A DNA stretch of 51,292 bases, taken from contig CAXDMJ010000006.1 in assembly GCA_963990035.1 (NCBI GenBank), forward strand, positions 1 to 51,292, written 5' to 3'. Within the stretch, counting starts at the first letter, position 1. Every line of letters starts with the position of its first letter. Below are positions 29,068 through 37,953 of the stretch, piece after piece. This stretch comes from an uncultured Candidatus Poseidoniales archaeon. Its GTDB lineage: Archaea; Thermoplasmatota; Poseidoniia; Poseidoniales; Thalassarchaeaceae. The position numbers were made by a program, and so were the translations under genes. Under the pieces are notes generated by a model. The model worked only from the letters and a program-made list of their open reading frames with translations. It had not been told where the DNA came from and made no database searches.

Positions 29068-30690
29068 TTGCTTGGACACATCCCGTGGCACGTGGAAGGA
29101 CGTAAGAGTAGATCAACCACACGCAGTGGTTTACCTCGAAGTGACATTTCGACTGCTGATACATTATTCAATTCAGGTCATCCAGAGAAGGGGCATAATT
29201 TACCAGGTATACCACCATATACCAGAGGAATACATTCGAAAATGTATAAGCAAAAATTATGGACAATGAGGCAATATGCTGGATTTTCAACTGCAAAAGA
29301 AACAAATCAAAGATTCAAACTATTACTTGAGTCAGGACAAACAGGGCTTTCAGTGGCATTTGATTTACCTACACAACTGGGAATGGATTCTGATGATGAA
29401 GATTCGCTAGGAGAAGTAGGTAAGGTTGGCGTTCCTATCGATTCATTAAATGATATGGAAACATTATTTGAAGAAATAAATTTAGGTGAAGTTTCAACTT
29501 CGATGACAATTAATGCTCCAGCTACCACTTTACTAGCTCTATATGTTGCTGCTGCTGATAACCAAGGTGTAGATAGAAGTCAGTTAAGAGGAACTGTTCA
29601 AAATGATATACTGAAAGAATATATTGCTAGAGGTTTGTACGTATACCCTCCTAAAGAATCCATCAGACTAACTACGGATTTATTCGAATGGTGTAGTATC
29701 AATACCCCTAAATGGAATACTATTTCTGTTAGTGGTTACCATATTCGAGAAGCAGGATCAACTGCAGTTGAAGAAGTAGCACTCACTCTAGCGAATGGGA
29801 TATTCTATGCTGAAGAGGCTGTCAAAGCAGGATTAGATATTGATGAATTCGCACCTAGAATGTCATTTTTCTTTGGTTGCCATAATGACTTCTTTGAAGA
29901 AATATCTAAATTTAGAGCTGCCAGAGAATTATGGTATGAACTAGTAAATGAACGTTTTAATCCGAAAAATCCTAAATCGTCCCAATTAAGATTCCATACA
30001 CAGACAGCTGGAGTCACTCTAACTGCTCAACAACCAATGAATAATGCAATCAGAGTATCTTATCAAGCACTATCTGCAGTTTTAGGAGGTACTCAATCAC
30101 TCCATACTAATAGCTATGATGAGGCTATTGGCTTACCAACTAATAAATCGGTCAAAATTGCTCTTAGAACACAACAAATAATTGCTCATGAGACAGGTGT
30201 CGCAGATGTTGTTGATCCACTTGCTGGCTCATATTTAGTAGAAGAATTAACATCAAAAATAAAAAATGAATCATATAAGATGATATTAGAACTAGAAAAT
30301 CAAGGAGGAGTGTTAAATTGTTTGAAATCAGGGATCCAACAAAGGATGATACACGAAAGTGCTTGGAAAGAAATTCAAGATACTGAAAGGAAAGAAATGT
30401 TAGTTGTAGGAGTAAATACAAATATTGAAGATTCGGATAATATGGATTTAGGTCAGAAAATTGATTCAGACAATGAATCAAAACAAATTTCTAAACTAAA
30501 AAAGTTCAAGGAAAATAGAGATAACACTATTGTCTTACAAAAATTAGAATTTTTGAAAGTTATATGTGAAGGGTCAGAAAATGTCATGCCTTCATTAATC
30601 GATGCATTGAAATCAGGAGCTACCGTTGGTGAAGTAAACGGAGTTATGAGAGATGTTTTTGGAACATGGATTTCTCCGAGTGGTGTTTAA
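29068..30690 (+). CDS. Methylmalonyl-CoA mutase, substrate-binding (large) subunit
   Basis: PYTRG, WTMRQYAGF, GLSVAFD, QNDILKE, SGYHIREAG and QSLHTN motifs; no B12-binding domain. Confidence 0.92.
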   Translation: MLGHIPWHVEGRKSRSTTRSGLPRSDISTADTLFNSGHPEKGHNLPGIPPYTRGIHSKMYKQKLWTMRQYAGFSTAKETNQRFKLLLESGQTGLSVAFDLPTQLGMDSDDEDSLGEVGKVGVPIDSLNDMETLFEEINLGEVSTSMTINAPATTLLALYVAAADNQGVDRSQLRGTVQNDILKEYIARGLYVYPPKESIRLTTDLFEWCSINTPKWNTISVSGYHIREAGSTAVEEVALTLANGIFYAEEAVKAGLDIDEFAPRMSFFFGCHNDFFEEISKFRAARELWYELVNERFNPKNPKSSQLRFHTQTAGVTLTAQQPMNNAIRVSYQALSAVLGGTQSLHTNSYDEAIGLPTNKSVKIALRTQQIIAHETGVADVVDPLAGSYLVEELTSKIKNESYKMILELENQGGVLNCLKSGIQQRMIHESAWKEIQDTERKEMLVVGVNTNIEDSDNMDLGQKIDSDNESKQISKLKKFKENRDNTIVLQKLEFLKVICEGSENVMPSLIDALKSGATVGEVNGVMRDVFGTWISPSGV

Positions 30691-31116
30691 ATGAGTAGAA
30701 TTGATCATATCGGTATTGCGACTAATAACATCGAGAAAGCTTCGAGGTTTTGGGAGCAAATTGGACTCATATCTGATGGATTGATTGAGAACAACGATGA
30801 ACAAGATGTCAAGATAAAAATGTTCTATGGAATCGATAGTAATGGAATGAAAACGCACTCAAAGGTAGAATTAATAGAAGCATTGTCTGATAAATCACCT
30901 ATCGCTAAATTTATCTCAAAAAAAGGTCAGGGCATTCAACAATTGGCCATTAGTGTAGAGGATTTAGATCAATTAATAATTGATTTAATATCTTCTGGAA
31001 TACGTATGATTAATTCACAATCTACTCAAGGATCAGGCGGACATAAAATAGCCTTTGTACACCCAGAATCAACTGGTGGAGTTCTAGTTGAATTAGTTGA
31101 AAGGAACGAAAATTAA
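30691..31116 (+). CDS. mce: Methylmalonyl-CoA epimerase (VOC fold)
   Basis: IDHIGIA, VELIE, GIQQLA and AFVHP..TGGVLVELVE motifs; adjacent to the mutase. Confidence 0.9.
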   Translation: MSRIDHIGIATNNIEKASRFWEQIGLISDGLIENNDEQDVKIKMFYGIDSNGMKTHSKVELIEALSDKSPIAKFISKKGQGIQQLAISVEDLDQLIIDLISSGIRMINSQSTQGSGGHKIAFVHPESTGGVLVELVERNEN

Positions 31117-31118
31117 TC

Positions 31119-31454
31119 TTGAGTGGTCGGAATCGTATGCTAAATATAATCACATCATTAATTGAAATTGTTTCTAGTAACAAAGAACTCACTAGTAAGA
31201 GAGTGAATTTAGAGGTTAATTATGTCTCGAATACGCTTGAATTAATGAGAGATGCAAGGAAGATTTCGAATGATGCGTATCTTGACTCGGGCTCGATTCA
31301 AGGAGGATTATCAGTAGTTTCAAGCCTATTAGAGCAAGATATTCCAAGTGAGGAAATAAGTTTACTCTTGGATACTCTTTTCCAACGAGCTGAAATCTTA
31401 AATTCTAGGTATCCTGAATTAAATAAATTAATTGAATCATATAGGGACAACTAA
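31119..31454 (+). CDS. Hypothetical protein
   Basis: 111 aa ORF with TTG start, 2 nt after the mce stop. Confidence 0.6.
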   Translation: MSGRNRMLNIITSLIEIVSSNKELTSKRVNLEVNYVSNTLELMRDARKISNDAYLDSGSIQGGLSVVSSLLEQDIPSEEISLLLDTLFQRAEILNSRYPELNKLIESYRDN

Positions 31455-31466
31455 TATTCATATAGT

Positions 31467-31497
31467 AATACTCTAAGAATACTTAAAAGAAAGTATT
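31467..31497. promoter_or_regulatory. Candidate RHH operator overlapping the promoter of the preQ0 operon
   Basis: Inverted repeat AATACTT-n6-AAGTATT (31478-31497) plus a third AATACT at 31467-31472. Confidence 0.4.
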
Positions 31498-31510
31498 AGT
31501 TGCGACGGTT

Positions 31511-31675
31511 ATGCCGAAAATAAGTCTGGATATACCTTCAGAACTATTAGAAGATCTAAAAAAACATGTAGGCGATGATAAAAAATTTATTTCATTAGCA
31601 GATGCTGTAAGAACTGCATGCAGAAAAATATTGGATCAATTAGATACAATAGACGAATTCCATGGTAGGAGATGA
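31511..31675 (+). CDS. CopG/ribbon-helix-helix transcriptional regulator (54 aa)
   Basis: MPKISLDIPSELLEDLKKHVGDDKKFISLADAVRTACRKILDQLDTIDEFHGRR; RHH pattern. Not in the ORF track. Confidence 0.85.
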   Translation: MPKISLDIPSELLEDLKKHVGDDKKFISLADAVRTACRKILDQLDTIDEFHGRR

Positions 31676-31679
31676 TGAA

Positions 31680-32270
31680 ATGATAAAGCAAATACCTAGT
31701 AAAGATGATGCGAAAAGGGCTATTGAAACCTTAGTTAGATATATTGAAAAAATAGATGGACCATTAAGAGAGGGACTTATAGATACACCTAAGAGAGTAG
31801 TGGAATCATATGAAGAGCTTTATCAAGGGTACAATATGGATGCTGATTCTCTTTTAGAATCTACTTTTAATGCAGAAGGATATGATGGCATTGTTCTACT
31901 CAAAGATATAGAATTTCATTCAACATGTGAACATCATATGTTACCCTTCACTGGTTCAGCACATGTTGCTTACATCCCCGTAGAAAATATCGTTGGTATT
32001 AGTAAACTAGCTAGGTTGGTAGAACTTCATTCACTAAGACTGCAGAATCAAGAAAGGATAACTAAGTCAATAGCGGACGATTTAGAGCGAGTATTGAATC
32101 CTTTAGGTTGTGCAGTCATCATTGAAGCCAAACATGGATGTATGCAATGTCGAGGCGTCAAAAAGCAGAACTCAGTAATGACTACAAGTTCTATGAAAGG
32201 AGTATTCTTTGAAAATTCACAAGCAAGAGTAGAATTACTTCAATTAATCAATAATCCAAGAAATAAATGA
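31680..32270 (+). CDS. folE: GTP cyclohydrolase I
   Basis: REGL.DTP.RV, CEHH.LPF, VGISKLAR, LQNQER and H.CM..RGV motifs. Confidence 0.96.
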   Translation: MIKQIPSKDDAKRAIETLVRYIEKIDGPLREGLIDTPKRVVESYEELYQGYNMDADSLLESTFNAEGYDGIVLLKDIEFHSTCEHHMLPFTGSAHVAYIPVENIVGISKLARLVELHSLRLQNQERITKSIADDLERVLNPLGCAVIIEAKHGCMQCRGVKKQNSVMTTSSMKGVFFENSQARVELLQLINNPRNK

Positions 32271-32279
32271 GGTCTGAAT

Positions 32280-32909
32280 ATGGTAATCCTCGGTCAAAAT
32301 ATGGATTTAGAAAAATTATACCCTATTGTAGAAATTTTTCATAGTGTACAAGGTGAAGGTTACCATAATGGAATACCATCGATTTTCATTCGATTTGGAG
32401 GTTGTAATCTTAGGTGCCCATGGTGCGACACTGATTTCGACGTTTGGACTGATATGAGTATTGGGGAAATAGTTAATGAGTTATCGAAATATGATTGTGA
32501 TAGAATTATTTTTACTGGTGGAGAGCCTGCTTTGCAAGATCTTGTTACTCTTTCTGCTTGTCTCAAACCTCTTGGATATTACTTAAGTATAGAAACAAAT
32601 GGAACAATTCATATCCCTGAGGATACTATTGATTGGATATGTGTTAGCCCAAAAGATCAGGAATATGCGGATCTAAAAATAAAGCAAACTACAGGGAATG
32701 AACTAAAGGTTGTATATTTAGGCCAGGATTTAGGTATGTACAGCGTATTAAAAGAAGGTTTTGAACATTTATTTCTCCAGCCACTTTATGATGAAGGGCA
32801 AAGTACTGAATGGAATGGAATGAGCTTTCACAGCACATTCGAAAAAGTAAGAAATAATCCTGAATGGAGATTATCTCTACAAACACATAAGTGGATGGGT
32901 GTAGAATGA
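32280..32909 (+). CDS. queE: 7-carboxy-7-deazaguanine synthase (radical SAM)
   Basis: EIF.SVQGEG, FIRF.GCNL.C.WCDT, TGGEP, IETNG, VSPK and LSLQTHK motifs. Confidence 0.95.
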   Translation: MVILGQNMDLEKLYPIVEIFHSVQGEGYHNGIPSIFIRFGGCNLRCPWCDTDFDVWTDMSIGEIVNELSKYDCDRIIFTGGEPALQDLVTLSACLKPLGYYLSIETNGTIHIPEDTIDWICVSPKDQEYADLKIKQTTGNELKVVYLGQDLGMYSVLKEGFEHLFLQPLYDEGQSTEWNGMSFHSTFEKVRNNPEWRLSLQTHKWMGVE

Positions 32910-34054
32910 AAAGAGCAGTTATGGCTTTGAGTGGAGGTATGGATTCTACAAGCCTCTTGATACACTTATTGTCTAAGGGGTACAAAGTTGATTGTATATC
33001 ATTTAATTATGGGCAAAAACATTTGATTGAAGTTGAAAAGGCTAAAGAGAATATATCTTATCTAAAGCATAATGGGTTTTTAGTTAATCATGAGATTGTA
33101 GATTTATCCTCGGCAATGTCAATATTTCATTCTGCTCTAACAAATCCAGAAATTATTGTACCAGAAGGGCACTATGAAGAAGAACAGATGAAATCTACTG
33201 TAGTCCCTAATAGAAACGCAATATTTTCTTCGATCATATATGGATACGCACTTTCTATAGTATCAAAGGAAGAAATGAACGTAATAATTGCTCTGGGAGT
33301 TCATAGTGGTGACCATGCAATATACCCTGATTGTCGCCCTGAGTTCTATGAAAGTCTGGAAGAATCATTTAGGATTGGTAACTGGGATTCTGAAAAAGTA
33401 AGTTTCCATCTCCCATACATAAATGGTGATAAAACAGAGATATTACGAGACGCAGAAAATTCATGTGAAAAACTTAATTTAAATTTCAATACTATTTTTG
33501 CTAATACAATCACCTCGTATAATCCTGATTCTAACGGTAGAAGTTCGGGGAGAACTGGATCAGATATTGAGAGGATTCTAGCATTTAGAGACGTAGGTAA
33601 AATTGATCCCATAGACTATGTTGACTCATGGGATGTTGTGCTTGCAAATGCAATAACTATTGAAGAGAAACATAAGGATAATTATTACAAAGATAATTTA
33701 ACTAATTTACAATATAATGTCACTAGAAGAAGTGCTACTGAGCGTCCTTTTACTGGTGAATCATGGGATGAGAAAAGAGATGGGCAATATACCTGTATTT
33801 GTTGTGGACATCTGCTATTCACTTCAGAAATGAAGTTTGATTCAGGTTGTGGTTGGCCTTCATTCCATTCAGAGCATAACGATGCTGGGATTAATCAAAT
33901 AGAAGATATGACACATGGAATGATCCGAATCGAAGTTAAATGTTCGAAATGTGACGCTCATTTAGGGCATATATTCAACGATGGACCGATCCAATTCGGA
34001 GGCGAGAGGTACTGCATTAATTCAGCATCAATGAATTTTGAGGAGAGAGAATAA
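32906..34054 (+). CDS. queC: Fusion of 7-cyano-7-deazaguanine synthase QueC and methionine-R-sulfoxide reductase MsrB
   Basis: N-terminal SGGMDS, YGQKH, VP.RN and YPDCR (QueC); C-terminal TERPF, CICC, KFDSGCGWPSF, CSKC.AHLGH and RYCINS (MsrB); single uninterrupted frame. Confidence 0.92.
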   Translation: MKRAVMALSGGMDSTSLLIHLLSKGYKVDCISFNYGQKHLIEVEKAKENISYLKHNGFLVNHEIVDLSSAMSIFHSALTNPEIIVPEGHYEEEQMKSTVVPNRNAIFSSIIYGYALSIVSKEEMNVIIALGVHSGDHAIYPDCRPEFYESLEESFRIGNWDSEKVSFHLPYINGDKTEILRDAENSCEKLNLNFNTIFANTITSYNPDSNGRSSGRTGSDIERILAFRDVGKIDPIDYVDSWDVVLANAITIEEKHKDNYYKDNLTNLQYNVTRRSATERPFTGESWDEKRDGQYTCICCGHLLFTSEMKFDSGCGWPSFHSEHNDAGINQIEDMTHGMIRIEVKCSKCDAHLGHIFNDGPIQFGGERYCINSASMNFEERE

Positions 34055-34509
34055 TGGTTACAACAATTAGAAGATTTGTAGAAACAGATACAGGGCATAG
34101 AGTGCCGAATCATAAAAGCAAATGTCGACATATGCATGGACATAGATATCGCTGGGAAGTAGAAATCGAGGGTGATGTAGTTATTGAAGAAGGTGTATCA
34201 GATGAAGGGATGTTGATGGATTTCTCTGATATATCTAAGATATTAGAGGAACATATTCACGATGTTGTTGATCACGCATTTATCGTATACAACCAAGACC
34301 ATGAGGCCTTAGAAGCTTTAGCAATTTTAGGAGACACACATCGAACATTTGTAGTTTCATTCATACCTACTGCTGAGAATTTGGCTAAATGGGCTTTCGA
34401 ACAGGTAGAACCTATGATAACATCAAAATATCATCAAAAATTAAGATTAGTTGCATTTCATGTCAGAGAAACTCCTAAATCATGGGCTAGTTGGAGAAAA
34501 GACAACTAG
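34054..34509 (+). CDS. queD: 6-carboxytetrahydropterin synthase
   Basis: GHR...H..KC..MHGH.Y, DH, PTAENLA and ETP motifs. Confidence 0.93.
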   Translation: MVTTIRRFVETDTGHRVPNHKSKCRHMHGHRYRWEVEIEGDVVIEEGVSDEGMLMDFSDISKILEEHIHDVVDHAFIVYNQDHEALEALAILGDTHRTFVVSFIPTAENLAKWAFEQVEPMITSKYHQKLRLVAFHVRETPKSWASWRKDN

Positions 34510-35321
34510 TTATTATCATTATATTCAGAAATTATTTCTTCCCAAATCTCAGGATTCTGTGAAAAATAATCAAATGCGATATTGGTAGTTTGTATTACAC
34601 CCAATAGTCGATGAATTTCGTCATCTTTTGGTAAACCTCGCAGAATTATTCTTTGCAGTGTTTCATCAATACCATTTCTTCTGAAATCGATAGTGGGGAT
34701 TAATTCAGATAATCTAGTAATTTCATTGGTTAAAACATTCTTTAATTCCGCTGAAAGAAGCTTCTCTGTTAGAGAGTCATCAGAAGGTGTGATGTTATTT
34801 CGATACCACGAGTAACAAATAATCGAAACAGCATGACTCAGATTCATTATTGGATACCCAGGCCAGGTAGGAATGTTCACTAGTAAATCGCATAATTTTA
34901 ATTCATTATTCAGTAGACCTTTACCTTCAGGACCGAATACAATAGAAATTTTTCCTTCAATATTACTCAGTTGTTTTGGTAAATCCTCAGGCTCAAGGAA
35001 ATGTCGAAAAGAAATTTTACTCCCTAGTTCTCTTTTTCCAGAAGTTCCGATTACTAAACTGGAATCAGAAACTGCAGACTTAATATCATCATAGAACTTT
35101 GCATCATCTAATACTGATTGAGCATGTTTAGCTCTATTCCTAACTTCATCTGACCAAACATTATCTCTTCCCACTACTCTAAGATCAGTGAAACCAAAAT
35201 TTTTCATAGAACGAGCAACAGCACCAATATTACCATCAAATTGAGGTCTTACAAGTATTATTGATACTCTTTTTGAGTAAAATGGAGGAGGAACATCAAG
35301 CATTTCGCCCATCTGAATCAA
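34506..35321 (-). CDS. TrmJ-family SPOUT RNA methyltransferase
   Basis: LVRP...GNIGAVARSMKNFG, VFGPE..GL and IP....YP.MNLSHAV motifs. Confidence 0.9.
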   Translation of the reverse strand: MIQMGEMLDVPPPFYSKRVSIILVRPQFDGNIGAVARSMKNFGFTDLRVVGRDNVWSDEVRNRAKHAQSVLDDAKFYDDIKSAVSDSSLVIGTSGKRELGSKISFRHFLEPEDLPKQLSNIEGKISIVFGPEGKGLLNNELKLCDLLVNIPTWPGYPIMNLSHAVSIICYSWYRNNITPSDDSLTEKLLSAELKNVLTNEITRLSELIPTIDFRRNGIDETLQRIILRGLPKDDEIHRLLGVIQTTNIAFDYFSQNPEIWEEIISEYNDNN

Positions 35322-35354
35322 ATGTCCGACATCAAGGATTAGAATAATACTTCT

Positions 35355-35546
35355 CTAATCAACTCTACGTTGTCTATACCTAGTGATATATCCAGCGATC
35401 CAATTTCTCATACGCTTATTTGATACATCTGTGTATTCAGTAACATAGTGTTTGTTGTTTTCAAAATCAGCATTAAACATATCTGGATATAGTTCAACTA
35501 ATCTTAAAGCTCTAATTTTGATAAATGATGGTCTGATATTACCCAT
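35355..35546 (-). CDS. rps17e: 30S ribosomal protein S17e
   Basis: MGNIRP..IK, DFE.NK and K.MRN.IAGYITR motifs. Confidence 0.95.
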   Translation of the reverse strand: MGNIRPSFIKIRALRLVELYPDMFNADFENNKHYVTEYTDVSNKRMRNWIAGYITRYRQRRVD

Positions 35547-35548
35547 GT

Positions 35549-35812
35549 TTAATCCTCCAATAATTTGACTTCCAATGGAAATCCTTCTTCTCGAGTAACT
35601 TGTACACGTATCTTCCTAGGAGGTTTTTGCATTCCTCTAGCCCAGATGACGTGATTAATAGCTTCATCAATCCAAATTTCTTCTTCATCAGTCTTCTTCA
35701 TGTGTTGAGAAACATGTTTTTTGATTTCAGCCATTGCACGATTAGCTCTTCTTGTCCTTGGAACAGACCAAGCAGCACGTAGTGGTATTGTCATCTCTCT
35801 TACTTCAGCCAT
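35549..35812 (-). CDS. rpl31e: 50S ribosomal protein L31e
   Basis: TIPLR, RRA.RA and IN..IWARG..KPP.KIRV motifs. Confidence 0.95.
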   Translation of the reverse strand: MAEVREMTIPLRAAWSVPRTRRANRAMAEIKKHVSQHMKKTDEEEIWIDEAINHVIWARGMQKPPRKIRVQVTREEGFPLEVKLLED

Positions 35813-35818
35813 ATTTAC

Positions 35819-35974
35819 TCACCTTTGTAATTTAGATCTGCGCCACATATGTCTTTTTGGATGACTTGTGACACTCCTATTAGTTCGGAGCATAACCCAA
35901 ACAGGAACACGACGATTCTGCTTAGTGACTTTGTTAAGTCTGAGTTTTTTTGCTAGGGGTTTAACACGAGCCAT
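35819..35974 (-). CDS. rpl39e: 50S ribosomal protein L39e (51 aa)
   Basis: [51 protein letters not shown]; hand translated, not in the ORF track. Confidence 0.95.
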   Translation of the reverse strand: MARVKPLAKKLRLNKVTKQNRRVPVWVMLRTNRSVTSHPKRHMWRRSKLQR

Positions 35975-35983
35975 TTAATCACC

Positions 35984-36454
35984 TTAATATTTTGAAAGTC
36001 CAGGATATTTCTCTTCTGCTGCACCTCTAACTGAGTGTGCAACCTTATCCAAAAGTGCGTGACCCTCAGGTGTCAATACCTTACCGAAGTTTACAGAGTT
36101 AGCGGGGTTCCACTTACTTGTAATTAATCCAGCCTCAGTTAACTGCTGTAAAACAGTCCTTGCTACATTTCTTGATCCTGCTGCTGCACGTGTTGGTTTA
36201 ACTCCTCTATCTTTTGGACCACCAAATAATTGCGCCATATGGTTTGCGCCGATAGGACCTTTCATCCCTACCTTGCGTAATACTGCTGCTGAACGAATGA
36301 ACCACCAGTCATCTTGTGTTGGTGGACGTTCACGGTGAATCCCTGTTTTTACGTATTCTGCCCACTCTGGAGGCGAAATATGCTCTAATTCTTGAAGCTC
36401 AGAAGAAAGACTACCAATTAGTAAATCAGCAGGTACATCGTAATACGTGGTCAT
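35984..36454 (-). CDS. rps19e: 30S ribosomal protein S19e
   Basis: YDVPA, PEWA..VKTG...ERPP...DWW..R.A..LRK and LQQL motifs; AGGTGA RBS before ATG 36454. Confidence 0.95.
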   Translation of the reverse strand: MTTYYDVPADLLIGSLSSELQELEHISPPEWAEYVKTGIHRERPPTQDDWWFIRSAAVLRKVGMKGPIGANHMAQLFGGPKDRGVKPTRAAAGSRNVARTVLQQLTEAGLITSKWNPANSVNFGKVLTPEGHALLDKVAHSVRGAAEEKYPGLSKY

Positions 36455-36593
36455 ACTCTCACCTTTGTGCGGACCGCCCGTCCTAGAGTCTGTATTTAAC
36501 CGTGATGACAAGAGTGACCGCTGGATACAGAGAAGTCATACTGTAACACTGTTCAACAAGTATTCAAAAACATCCCCCTAACCGCCCTACAAT

Positions 36594-37412
36594 ATGGAGA
36601 AGTCAATGTCGCGTAATCCCAATATGTTACGGACACTAATTGGGCTAGGTCTAGTACTAATATTAATACTCGGATATGCGGTTCATTCGAATACTGTAGA
36701 TTCAGAATATTATCTGTTTGAAACCTCTAATTCAGAAGAGAGCTTAGAGTATATTCAATTAGAAGAAAATATGTCTGAGTGGTACGTTGTGACAAATTCA
36801 GCAATTACCTGGATTAACACTACAGTAGATGGTGCACCACAAGGAAGTTTGCTCAAACTAGATGCATCTGGAGTTAACTGGTACCATACACCCTCATTAG
36901 GTCAAGAGGATAAAGATTTCAATTGTAAAGAATTCGCACCAGATTACGTTGGTTTAATAGAAACATGTAGAATGGGGGCCTTTCATGAAATTAATTTAGA
37001 TGAACAAAATGACATGATAGGTCTTGTATCGTTAGATCTGCCAATTGGAGGGCTTGGATCCATTCAGGCGGATGATTTAGATGAGGCTAATCAGACTGCT
37101 AAGAAAATTGTCGATGATGAAGTTAATACAATAACTTGGAAATTAACTATTACTGATTCTGATGGGAATATAACCTCTTCACAAGGTATAGAAATAACTA
37201 GTACTATCACAACACATGAATTAATCTCTGTAAATGAATTCAAACTGGATCCTATTCAAGAATCGATTTACAGTTTAGCTACACTTGTTGGTTGTTTCAC
37301 ACTTCTACTAGTATTACCAATGATTGCATATGTTTCTGCATTATATAAAGAAAAAAGAGACGAGGAAGCAAGAGTCAGCACCCCCGAATGGCAAGAACCT
37401 CAAGACGAATAA
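36594..37412 (+). CDS. Hypothetical membrane protein with an acidic extracytoplasmic domain
   Basis: N- and C-terminal hydrophobic helices flank an acidic domain containing a Cys pair. Confidence 0.75.
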   Translation: MEKSMSRNPNMLRTLIGLGLVLILILGYAVHSNTVDSEYYLFETSNSEESLEYIQLEENMSEWYVVTNSAITWINTTVDGAPQGSLLKLDASGVNWYHTPSLGQEDKDFNCKEFAPDYVGLIETCRMGAFHEINLDEQNDMIGLVSLDLPIGGLGSIQADDLDEANQTAKKIVDDEVNTITWKLTITDSDGNITSSQGIEITSTITTHELISVNEFKLDPIQESIYSLATLVGCFTLLLVLPMIAYVSALYKEKRDEEARVSTPEWQEPQDE

Positions 37413-37780
37413 TCATTAGTTTCTACAATGACTGCTAAATTTAAGTTAATAAAATTAGTTAGCGATACTTCTAGCCGTTCAGATACAGGGGCTATTCTTT
37501 CATGAAAAGTATTGTCCATAATGTTACAAATCTCATCAAATGTCCTTGAGCCGTCAATTAGTTCCCAGAATAATGAATTCATATCATCCAGCGGTCTTTC
37601 TAATATTTTTGGAGCTCGAAATAATTTAACTAATACTTTTTCAATTAAACTAAATTTTTTATCTATTATGATTACTACCTTTTTCCCAGTGACACCAGGG
37701 ATGTCAGGATGCTTCCCTACAGGGTTCTTTGTATACCATTCAACTGGTAAACGAATTGGATAACTATTACCTTTTATCAT
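37400..37780 (-). CDS. PqqD-family-like protein
   Basis: LD....FWELIDG.RT..EI pattern typical of the PqqD/RRE fold; ATG overlaps the upstream stop (ATGA). Confidence 0.6.
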   Translation of the reverse strand: MIKGNSYPIRLPVEWYTKNPVGKHPDIPGVTGKKVVIIIDKKFSLIEKVLVKLFRAPKILERPLDDMNSLFWELIDGSRTFDEICNIMDNTFHERIAPVSERLEVSLTNFINLNLAVIVETNDYSS

Positions 37781-37953
37781 AAATTCACCCAATATAATAG
37801 TGATATTACAGATGCTGAACCTAATAAAGCAAAGAATAACGTGTGAGGTTTGGATTTAATAATATTTTTTGACCACCATGTAGCTACACCAGAGGCTGAA
37901 ATAAGGAATAGTAACAATTCAGAACCCGGAGGTAATATTTCCAAAATAATCAC
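37777..37953 (-). CDS. Small two-helix membrane protein (58 aa)
   Basis: MIILEILPPGSELLLFLISASGVATWWSKNIIKSKPHTLFFALLGSASVISLLYWVNL; 4-nt overlaps with both neighbours. Not in the ORF track. Confidence 0.7.
   Translation of the reverse strand: MIILEILPPGSELLLFLISASGVATWWSKNIIKSKPHTLFFALLGSASVISLLYWVNL

Noticed and set aside
31680-34509. preQ0 genes as part of a dpd-type 7-deazaguanine DNA modification or defence island
   Set aside because: No dpdA/tgt-like, helicase or nuclease genes are nearby and the flanks are housekeeping genes. tRNA archaeosine supply is the simpler reading.
37400-37953. RiPP biosynthetic cluster
   Set aside because: No adjacent radical SAM/SPASM, YcaO, peptidase or precursor-like peptide; the small ORF looks like a membrane protein.
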